A DNA stretch of 16,159 bases, taken from a virus. Lineage: Duplodnaviria > Heunggongvirae > Uroviricota > Caudoviricetes. Below the pieces are notes generated by a model. The model did not search any database. It saw nothing but the letters and a program-made list of their open reading frames with translations, and was not told where the DNA came from. Every line of letters starts with the position of its first letter. Positions within the stretch are counted from its first letter, which is position 1. The translations under genes were made by a program, and so were the position numbers. Positions 8,764 to 14,929 of this stretch are shown piece after piece. The stretch lies in IMG/VR virus record IMGVR_UViG_2690316131_000017; one strand, written 5' to 3'.

Positions 8764-8978
8764 AAAAAAAAGTCCTGGGGTTAAGTAAGGAACTCCAGGA
8801 CGCGGCAAACACTCAACCGTTTTTCATAAGGAAATCAGCAATCGCACCGATCGTTTTCCCGCCTGGTAATGAATATTGGCGAGCACATTAACAGGCGGGA
8901 AAGTGGCCCCAGCGTCCTGGCACCACGGGCGAGAATAATCATGATTCAGTTCGGGTAAAATATGCCGATCCGCTCAGT

Positions 8979-9008
8979 GAACAACGTGGAACAACCACGA
9001 ACAAATAA
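8979..9008 (+). promoter_or_regulatory. three 10-bp-phased AACAA boxes overlapping the -35 of the packaging-operon promoter
   Basis: GAACAACGTG GAACAACCAC GAACAAATAA. On the minus strand the proximal box (TTGTTC) sits 16 bp upstream of TATTTT (8957-8962), about 190 bp upstream of the capsid ATG. Confidence 0.5.
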
Positions 9009-9018
9009 TTTACAAAAA

Positions 9019-9046
9019 ATAACAAAAAGCCGGATTGCTCCGGCTG
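9019..9046 (-). terminator. intrinsic terminator (stem AGCCGGA/TCCGGCT, loop TTGC, U-tract on minus strand)
   Basis: Perfect 7-bp stem followed on the minus-strand RNA by UUUUUGUUAUUUUUU; 19 bp downstream of the stop of gene 9065-9289. Confidence 0.75.
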
Positions 9047-9064
9047 TATGTGCTGTATGGGTGC

Positions 9065-9289
9065 TCAGTCTCTGATCCCTTTCAGAAATTCTATCAATGC
9101 ATCTGTCTGTTCAGGATTTACTGCCAGCATTTCACCGGATAGCGCGCAACGAACAAAACCATGATGATCCTTTTCAATCAGCGCCCCCGTTTCCAGAAAT
9201 GCGCGGTAATCAGTGATATTCATCGTCTCCATGTTGTCAGCATGGTATTTATCACGCTGTTTAAGTATCTCATCAAATTTCATCGGCAT
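9065..9289 (-). CDS. hypothetical protein (74 aa) in a terminator-flanked cassette
   Basis: ATG at 9289 with a GAGGAA Shine-Dalgarno 8 nt upstream (the track ORF runs further up to 9367). No family recognised. Confidence 0.5.
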   Translation of the reverse strand: MPMKFDEILKQRDKYHADNMETMNITDYRAFLETGALIEKDHHGFVRCALSGEMLAVNPEQTDALIEFLKGIRD

Positions 9290-9373
9290 TGCGTTTTCCT
9301 CTGTTGTGTCTGTTTGTTTCAGATAGTAACTATGCCGGACCGTGACGAAAAGCCAGTAGTGCTCCATACCGTT

Positions 9374-9399
9374 TCAAATGACGCAAAAAAAGCCGGATT
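9374..9399 (-). terminator. intrinsic terminator, near-identical copy of the one at 9019-9046
   Basis: Same 23-bp sequence aaaaagccggattgctccggctg; on the minus strand the stem-loop is followed by a U7 tract. Lies 32 bp downstream of ORF 9431-9592. Confidence 0.75.
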
Positions 9400-9430
9400 G
9401 CTCCGGCTGCGTGGTGTGGTTCTGATATTC

Positions 9431-9592
9431 CTACTCTGCTAATTTGCTCAGCCCCATGTCTGCGTAAGTGCGATTTACTGCATTTCTCAGGTCTGCGTAG
9501 TTCTCCGTTGGCGGCTCCGGTGTGCCCTTGCTGCTCTGTTTTACCTGCGGGTCGTCCACCAGCCGCCCGTAAGCGGCTATCTGTGCCGTCAT
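9431..9592 (-). CDS. hypothetical small protein (53 aa)
   Basis: Not in the ORF track (under 60 aa). ATG at 9590-9592 overlaps the stop of the upstream gene (ATGA); hand translation gives MTAQIAAYGRLVDDPQVKQSSKGTPEPPTENYADLRNAVNRTYADMGLSKLAE; TAG at 9431-9433. Confidence 0.35.
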   Translation of the reverse strand: MTAQIAAYGRLVDDPQVKQSSKGTPEPPTENYADLRNAVNRTYADMGLSKLAE

Positions 9593-9903
9593 AATTCCAC
9601 CTCTCCGGTTTTAACGTTGATGGTTGTTACCTGTTCCGCTTCGGCAATCTCCCGTTCTGTCAGCGTGGCAAAGTTTGCCGCCGCCGTGGTCATGAATGCG
9701 CTTATCAGGTCGGGATGTTCCTTCGCGTATCCTTCCCGCGTGTGGCGGTCTATCGTTCTGATTGCCACCTTTAAGGTGTGCTCAGTCATGTCTAACGCTT
9801 TATATTTTGGCTCTGTTCTGTCTCTGCGAATTTTGGTCATTTGTCGCCCCTGATTCATGTTTTCGGCTGGCATGTTTGTTAAGTGATTTTGATGTATGCG
9901 CAT
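9589..9903 (-). CDS. hypothetical protein (104 aa; alternative start at 9840 gives 83 aa)
   Basis: ATG at 9903 is preceded by a strong Shine-Dalgarno (GAGGGGGGTGA); an internal ATG at 9840 also has an AGGGG Shine-Dalgarno. First gene downstream of the ori. No family recognised. Confidence 0.5.
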   Translation of the reverse strand: MRIHQNHLTNMPAENMNQGRQMTKIRRDRTEPKYKALDMTEHTLKVAIRTIDRHTREGYAKEHPDLISAFMTTAAANFATLTEREIAEAEQVTTINVKTGEVEL

Positions 9904-9953
9904 TTATTTTCACCCCCCTCGTTTAAAAAGTTTTGAGTTGTGCCTCCCCCCCC

Positions 9954-10172
9954 TCTACCCATCTACCCGAATGCTCATCATGTCAGTAATGGCGCGGCTT
10001 TCAGCGGGTAGATAGCTTTTTTGGCTCCTCTACCTGCCGTCTACCCTGCTACCTGAAATTGATAAAATCAGGTAGAAGAGGTAGAGAGGTTTTATTAGCC
10101 TTCTACCTAGCCCTCCACCCACTTATCATGTTGAATAATATGCGTTTATCTCATTCAGGTAGATGGGGTAGA
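9954..10172. repeat. replication-origin iteron field: at least 11 copies of TCTACC(C/T) / GGTAGA in both orientations with AT-rich spacers
   Basis: Copies near 9954, 9962, 10006 (inverted), 10029, 10040, 10049, 10071 and 10080 (inverted), 10102, 10158 and 10166 (inverted). Immediately downstream of the primase stop at 10189; flanked by AT-rich tracts and a C8 homopolymer at 9946-9953. Confidence 0.65.
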
Positions 10173-10188
10173 GGGCTTTTACAAAAAA

Positions 10189-11943
10189 TTATAAAAACGC
10201 GTCACAATCATCCGTTGTAATTGCGTTGGTCTGCGTTACTCCCTTAACTTTCCGCGTAATATATTCATGTCCGTAAACTTTTGCCGCTGGCTTCATGGCC
10301 TTGCTGAACTCAGCCACGTTTAGCGGTTTGCTCCTGCCTGCGTATGCCATAAACGCCAGATAGACGCGGTAAAGGCTGTTCCTGGTCGTGTACTTCACTG
10401 AATCGCCACCGCCACCCATCATCAGGCCGCGCGCTTCCTCCAGAAAATTCAGGAACTGGCAAAACTCAATAACCGGATCCGTCTGTTGCTTTATTGCCAG
10501 TGCTTCATCACCGTCGCGCTGTTCCAGGAGTAAAGCCCGTGCCTTTTCAGGGTCGGCAAAGTTCGCCAGTAATCGGCGGATAATCACAGGGATTTCAGCC
10601 GCAATCTTTTCCGGTAGCTCCCTGTCTTTTTCGGCCTCACTGACGATATTGTCGAAACGGAAAATCACGCGACGACGTGCCACACCTCCGGCCCGTTCGG
10701 TGAATATCATCGGGTTGTTGTTGGTCGCCAGCACCACCGCCCTGATTACCGCCGTGAAACGCTTTTCATATTTCGGGTTAATTTCCACGGGGTCGCCGCC
10801 CGTGATTTTCTTGATGCCCGTTCCTTCGCCTGTATATTTCGGCTGGTCTGCCAGGACGATAAGACGACTCCCGACAACCTGCGCACGTCCACCAGCATCA
10901 TCAAGCGATGTCATCTCAGCGCTTACCGTGTTCTGTTTCCCTGCCAGAAGGCTGGCTATGTGTGTGAATGTACTTTTACCGCTCCCGCCGTCTCCGGTGG
11001 CCTCAATAAACATCTGCCAGTCGTACCGGTTCGCCATAATCATGTACAGCGCGGCACATATACGCATCATCTTGCGCGGGTCTTTTCCGGCTGCGTGCTC
11101 AAGCCATTTATGAAAGTTTGGCGCGTTGTCGCGGATATTCTCCCCTGGTGCTGGTGGCGTGTACTCAATGCCGTTATGCGTGGTGATCCAGTTCTCCGGC
11201 GTGTGCGGGGAAAATTCCCCCGTTTTCAGGTCAAGCACACCATTGGCGAACGGCAGCAAATCGCCGGACGGTTCGCCCATTGGTTCGGCAATAACTTTTA
11301 ACGCTTCCACGGTGTTATTGATTACGCGCTTGCTGAAAGTGGCCCTGTGCTCTGAATAGATCGCCACCATTTCGCGGCTCAGTGCCATTGTGCTGACCGG
11401 ACACCATACCCCGCCGCGCCATACGTGAACGATTTCACTTTCAGGATGTACGCAAACGCCATCAAAGCGCCCGGCAAGCAGCTGCGCGCGCTCACTGTCC
11501 GCCATCTGCGAAAGTTGCGCCTTTTGCTTTACCGGAAGCTCAATGACCAGACCATCAGAAAGATTCTGGCGCTCACGGGCCAGATATTCGCGCCAGTTCT
11601 CCACCTCCTGAACGTGCATTCCCTCAGGGTAAAAATTTGCATCCTGTACACCTGCCGCCGCCAGCTTCTGACCAATCGCCTTTATCATTACAGGCTCAAG
11701 ATGTCCGGCCCTGAATATGCGTACTGATTTTCGGCCTTCCGGCACAATTTGCAGCTTATCCAGTTCGGATAACTGCTGCTCCCCAAGCCACACAGGAGGC
11801 TCATTATCTCCGGCCATACGCGCGTCATGTTCCTGCCATTGTTTTGCGTGTGACCAGGCATCACTACCCGCAAAAATAATGACTTCTGTTTCTTTGTGTT
11901 TTATGCCGCGTGACTGCTGTTTTACGTTCGGTGCCAGTTTCAT
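10189..11943 (-). CDS. P4-family primase/helicase (replication initiator)
   Basis: 584 aa with a Walker A P-loop (GDGGSGKST) in a D5/P4-type helicase region preceded by a primase-like N-terminal domain. ATG at 11943 overlaps the upstream stop (ATGA). Adjacent to the iteron ori. Confidence 0.88.
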   Translation of the reverse strand: MKLAPNVKQQSRGIKHKETEVIIFAGSDAWSHAKQWQEHDARMAGDNEPPVWLGEQQLSELDKLQIVPEGRKSVRIFRAGHLEPVMIKAIGQKLAAAGVQDANFYPEGMHVQEVENWREYLARERQNLSDGLVIELPVKQKAQLSQMADSERAQLLAGRFDGVCVHPESEIVHVWRGGVWCPVSTMALSREMVAIYSEHRATFSKRVINNTVEALKVIAEPMGEPSGDLLPFANGVLDLKTGEFSPHTPENWITTHNGIEYTPPAPGENIRDNAPNFHKWLEHAAGKDPRKMMRICAALYMIMANRYDWQMFIEATGDGGSGKSTFTHIASLLAGKQNTVSAEMTSLDDAGGRAQVVGSRLIVLADQPKYTGEGTGIKKITGGDPVEINPKYEKRFTAVIRAVVLATNNNPMIFTERAGGVARRRVIFRFDNIVSEAEKDRELPEKIAAEIPVIIRRLLANFADPEKARALLLEQRDGDEALAIKQQTDPVIEFCQFLNFLEEARGLMMGGGGDSVKYTTRNSLYRVYLAFMAYAGRSKPLNVAEFSKAMKPAAKVYGHEYITRKVKGVTQTNAITTDDCDAFL

Positions 11944-12239
11944 TTTTTACCCCTGAATCCGTTAATCATGGTTTTCAGCTTCTGGATGTTTGCCCGTGCC
12001 CTGGCGTTGCTGGTGGGCACGTTATGCGGCGCGGTCTGTACCAGAGAAAAATCACGCCGGAACTGATAAACAGGCATCACGCAATCATATTCGTAACCTT
12101 CACGGCGGTAAGTTACGCACCGTCCCGCCACGCCCTTAATCATTACCGTGCCGCCGTACTGGTCGCGGTAAATATCGCCGCGCGTAAATTTAGGGTGAGT
12201 GTTGCCACTGGCAGTTAAGCCAGAATATTTAAGTTTCAT
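11940..12239 (-). CDS. hypothetical protein (99 aa)
   Basis: ATG at 12239 with a GGAGAA Shine-Dalgarno; translationally coupled to the primase. No family recognised. Confidence 0.55.
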   Translation of the reverse strand: MKLKYSGLTASGNTHPKFTRGDIYRDQYGGTVMIKGVAGRCVTYRREGYEYDCVMPVYQFRRDFSLVQTAPHNVPTSNARARANIQKLKTMINGFRGKK

Positions 12240-12244
12240 TATTT

Positions 12245-12478
12245 TTATTCTCCGGTGTGCTGTTCTTTATATCTGTCGTGCAATAGATCTATTTCTTGCA
12301 GTTCCATTATTACAGGCTCAAGAAGCGTTATTAATGCCGTGGCAATTCTTGATTTTTGTTTGTCGCGTTCATTGTCGCCAAGTGTTTCAAGCCATATGCG
12401 CAATATTTCCAGCATGTTTTCACTGTGAGAAAGTGCAAGAAATGCGCGGTCTATTGTTTCGAGGTAAATATCACGCAT
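12245..12478 (-). CDS. hypothetical protein (77 aa)
   Basis: ATG at 12478 overlaps the upstream stop by 8 nt (ATGCGTGA); begins MRD. Confidence 0.5.
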   Translation of the reverse strand: MRDIYLETIDRAFLALSHSENMLEILRIWLETLGDNERDKQKSRIATALITLLEPVIMELQEIDLLHDRYKEQHTGE

Positions 12479-12704
12479 GGCTTACATCCTCAGGAAATTT
12501 TCTTCTGTAACGCGCCTCTGCCACATATTCCGCATAATCGGCGGCGATATTCAGTACATCAAGCCCCGTTGATTTATATTCTCTCGTGGAAAGTAAGAAA
12601 AAAGCCGCTCTAATAAGTTCTGGCATTGACGAAAGCGCATCAGCCGCATCATCAGGAACGCCGGAAAATTCCTGTTTCAGGGAATTAAAACGATCATCAC
12701 GCAT
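12471..12704 (-). CDS. hypothetical protein (77 aa from internal ATG; track ORF to 12731)
   Basis: ATG at 12704 is preceded by a GGGGGG Shine-Dalgarno and overlaps the upstream stop by 8 nt with the same ATGCGTGA junction; also begins MRD. Confidence 0.45.
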   Translation of the reverse strand: MRDDRFNSLKQEFSGVPDDAADALSSMPELIRAAFFLLSTREYKSTGLDVLNIAADYAEYVAEARYRRKFPEDVSHA

Positions 12705-12936
12705 AACCCCCCCCATTTTCACAATCAGCAATCAGGATGGCTTTGGCCTCATTCAGCGCCATATCCGCACTAAGTTGCATAACCGCCAGCGAATGAGGAA
12801 CGAAAGCCCCGGCATATTCTGTTTCACTGGTGGCGTGCTTATGCGCCCTGTCAGCAATAACAGAAATATCAATAAGCGCGTGCATCAGCGTAGTGAGCGC
12901 GGCGGCAGCTGCGTCCGGACGGATGTTATTGCACAT
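12697..12936 (-). CDS. hypothetical protein (79 aa from internal ATG; track ORF to 12993)
   Basis: ATG at 12936 is preceded by a GGAGGGG Shine-Dalgarno. Ala-rich. Confidence 0.45.
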   Translation of the reverse strand: MCNNIRPDAAAAALTTLMHALIDISVIADRAHKHATSETEYAGAFVPHSLAVMQLSADMALNEAKAILIADCENGGGYA

Positions 12937-13159
12937 GGTGTACCCCTCCGCATTTTTTTTCGTTAGAAATAAGCGTTCTTCTTTCCTGTTCATCGCTCAG
13001 GAATACGCAGACCTCACCGCTAAGGCGTTTAAGTAAGCCGATGATTGCCCCTGATTCGCTGTCGGTCATCATGCCAGGGTAATCCTCTGCCAGTGCGCAA
13101 ATGACTTCGATTTGGTGGGCGCGTTCTGCTGCCTGTTGTAGTGTGATTTCCTGGCTCAT
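12926..13159 (-). CDS. hypothetical protein (77 aa from internal ATG; track ORF to 13225)
   Basis: ATG (MSQEIT...) overlaps the stop of the upstream gene (ATGA). Coordinates follow the ORF-track frame. Confidence 0.45.
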   Translation of the reverse strand: MSQEITLQQAAERAHQIEVICALAEDYPGMMTDSESGAIIGLLKRLSGEVCVFLSDEQERRTLISNEKKCGGVHHVQ

Positions 13160-13356
13160 AAGCCTACCCCCTGACGAATACGGGCGGCGAATACCATCAC
13201 GCAGCCAGCCGGAGATTGCTGGCATGCTTCCTGTTCGCTGGTGGCCTCAATGGTAATCACGCGCGGTTGTGCCGTGCTCAGGGCGATAAAACGCCAGATG
13301 TATTTATTCAGGTTGTGCGAGTCCCGCCCTTGCGGGTGTGTGGTATGATTTCTCAT
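13156..13356 (-). CDS. hypothetical protein (66 aa), first gene of the leftward early operon
   Basis: C-terminal 66 codons of the 387-aa track ORF. ATG at 13354-13356 with a GAGGT Shine-Dalgarno, directly downstream of the operator-bearing promoter. The rest of the long ORF is judged spurious. Confidence 0.4.
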   Translation of the reverse strand: MRNHTTHPQGRDSHNLNKYIWRFIALSTAQPRVITIEATSEQEACQQSPAGCVMVFAARIRQGVGL

Positions 13357-13453
13357 AGCTACCTCGATACTTTCGCTATCGTTGGTGGTTAGACGCCCTG
13401 CATGTGTTGCGAGCACTGCGGGGCGTTGCTTAATTTGAGTGACAAAACTCAAA

Positions 13454-13540
13454 CTGTGCGCACAGATTAAAATCATGTGTGCGCACATGTCAATACTTAA
13501 CATCTCATTTTTTTTGCTGTATTGTGTGCGCCCATAAAGT
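13454..13540. promoter_or_regulatory. divergent promoter/operator switch with TGTGCGCACA palindromes
   Basis: Perfect 12-bp palindrome CTGTGCGCACAG (13454-13465), 10-bp palindrome TGTGCGCACA (13478-13487) and a half-site TGTGCGC (about 13525-13531). Leftward promoter read on the minus strand: TTGACA (13488-13493), 16-bp spacer, TTTAAT (13466-13471). Candidate rightward promoter TTGCTG / TAAAGT. Confidence 0.55.
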
Positions 13541-13561
13541 CCATTTAAGTGAGGTGCATCA

Positions 13562-13759
13562 ATGTCTAGCGGTAACACAAACAACAAATCAGCAAAGAAA
13601 AATATTCGATTCCCGCATGAGCTTATAGATGGGATTGATGCCAGCGTTGAACAAGAAAAATTAACTAATCCTAGTGCTAATTTTTCCGCATGGGTCTTAG
13701 ATGCCTGTGGACGCAAATTAAAATATGAACAGCGCCGGAAGGCCAAAGAATCAGAATAA
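13562..13759 (+). CDS. small DNA-binding-like protein (65 aa), candidate island repressor; possibly YlcI/YnfO-like
   Basis: ATG at 13562 with a GTGAGGTG Shine-Dalgarno. The segment KKNIRFPHELIDGIDASVEQE ... NFSAWVLDACGRKL has a strand-helix-helix pattern suggestive of a ribbon-helix-helix fold. The YlcI/YnfO (DUF3950) resemblance is from memory and unverified. Confidence 0.55.
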   Translation: MSSGNTNNKSAKKNIRFPHELIDGIDASVEQEKLTNPSANFSAWVLDACGRKLKYEQRRKAKESE

Positions 13760-13816
13760 TCACTATCAGCGCCGTGGTGTGAGGAACTACGGCGCATTTC
13801 TTTACAGGAGTAGACA

Positions 13817-14002
13817 ATGAACAACGAAGAATTACGGGAAATCGCATTATCCATACTTGAAAGACAGGTAGAAAAAAAATTAAGAGAAATGGATGAAATG
13901 CCTGACCATGAACAGGAAGCAAGGCCAAAAAGATTTGCCCTTGAGGATTTTCTTAAAAATTGCCCAAGAAAGATGAGATCGTGGCGTTGTTGTCCGCCCT
14001 GA
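13817..14002 (+). CDS. hypothetical protein (61 aa)
   Basis: ATG at 13817 with a GGAG Shine-Dalgarno; co-directional with the upstream gene and followed by a strong terminator. Confidence 0.5.
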   Translation: MNNEELREIALSILERQVEKKLREMDEMPDHEQEARPKRFALEDFLKNCPRKMRSWRCCPP

Positions 14003-14079
14003 TGACAGATTTGCCAACCAGCCAAAAATGTGGCATCGTTGTCGATACATAGTGTAATCAACATGTATATCATATTTTT

Positions 14080-14106
14080 GCGACCATCATAGGTCGCATT
14101 TTTTTT
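14080..14106 (+). terminator. intrinsic terminator (GCGACC-atcata-GGTCGC followed by T8)
   Basis: Perfect 6-bp GC-rich stem followed by an 8-T run; about 80 bp downstream of the plus-strand gene pair. Confidence 0.7.
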
Positions 14107-14376
14107 GCCTGTAATCCGGCAATTGTGGCGCTTCTTCACACAGTTGATATAATTCCAATGCTCATATTTATTTTTTGTGCAGCAGGTTAATCGTTCACAA
14201 AGGCGCTCAGGTAACTGGGCGCTTTTTGTTATGCCTGAAAAACCCCAATTTTGTTGTTTTTCAGTTTCACCAGGGCGAACGAATCCCCGCCTACGTTCTG
14301 GCGTATATTCAATCTTCATGGTTATAGCTCTGTGTTCAGATGATTGATGTGTGGCGGCTGCGTGCCGCCAGCGTGA

Positions 14377-14565
14377 TTAATGAACTGCCTTGCAGCTATC
14401 CTTCCAGGCCAGAACCTCGGATAAAGACCAGCCAACGGAACGACCGCCAAGTTTACGACGTGATGGGAATTGTCCGGCCTTTTCCAGGCGGTAGCGACAC
14501 GTACGGCTAAGGCCGGTTAGTTTTTCGCATTCTTTTTCACGTATAAACCGATCAGTGCTTAACAC
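14377..14565 (-). CDS. alpA: AlpA-family transcriptional regulator / excisionase-like protein
   Basis: 62 aa; the motif LTGLSRTCRYRLEKAGQFPSRRKLGGRSVGWSLSEVLAW matches the AlpA/excisionase winged-helix family. GTG start at 14565 with an AAGGGGG Shine-Dalgarno 5 nt upstream. Confidence 0.8.
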   Translation of the reverse strand: MLSTDRFIREKECEKLTGLSRTCRYRLEKAGQFPSRRKLGGRSVGWSLSEVLAWKDSCKAVH

Positions 14566-14837
14566 TATTGCCCCCTTTCGTTTCTTAAAGAGTCATCAGG
14601 TGTCTTATTGTGTCGTATTGTTCCCGCTAGAGTGATAAATGGCAAATACTGAGGATGTATGATTTACAGAAAATGAAACAGTAAGAATAAAATCTTTTAA
14701 ATTCACGTTAATACAAAGGCATAAAATATTGTTTCATGCCTTTTTTCTCGCTCTTTAAAGAGTGATTCGCTAGTGTATAAAAAACCAGTAACGCATTAAA
14801 AATCAGCCACTTATAAATCCGTACGCTTTTTCGCCTC

Positions 14838-14912
14838 TTGTTCGTAGTTGTTCCACATTGTTGCTCATTGTTGCACGTTGTATCTGTTCGCATATACAGT
14901 ATGCGCATACTG
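14838..14912. promoter_or_regulatory. five tandem 10-bp units beginning TTGTT (14838-14887) plus a 16-bp perfect palindrome CAGTATGCGCATACTG (14897-14912)
   Basis: Units TTGTTCGTAG, TTGTTCCACA, TTGTTGCTCA, TTGTTGCACG, TTGTATCTGT at exact 10-bp period. The second unit pair equals the 15-mer motif with one mismatch. Lies between the int stop (14930) and the alpA start. Confidence 0.5.
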
Positions 14913-14929
14913 AAAAAACACGAAAAAAA

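Noticed and set aside
7606-8808. Capsid start at the TTG at 8808 as listed in the ORF track
   Set aside because: The first in-frame ATG at 8763 gives a typical ~385-aa capsid with delta domain; the TTG extension adds 15 residues with no clear ribosome-binding site. Either remains possible.
9940-10185. Possible CRISPR array suggested by the many short repeats
   Set aside because: The repeats are 6-7 bp iterons in both orientations with irregular spacing and no unique spacers, which fits a replication origin. The AACAA and GTCAC arrays likewise have a 10-bp period with no spacers.
10388-11359. Plus-strand ORFs 10388-11113, 10960-11301 and 11126-11359 inside the primase gene
   Set aside because: Antisense to the primase, low-complexity Ser/Ala/Arg-rich translations; typical shadow ORFs.
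13140-13262. Apparent 2-nt frame inconsistency when hand-translating around 13140 and 13260 against the ORF-track proteins
   Set aside because: Most likely my own reading error at line breaks. The ORF track is internally consistent, so I used its coordinates and did not report a frameshift.
13156-14319. 387-aa minus-strand ORF spanning the regulatory region and lying antisense to the plus-strand genes
   Set aside because: Its translation is low-complexity and Ser/Cys-rich, it runs through two terminator hairpins and a promoter/operator region, and it lies antisense to two well-formed plus-strand genes with good Shine-Dalgarno sequences. Only its last 66 codons (13156-13356), which have their own Shine-Dalgarno and are coupled to the next gene, were kept.
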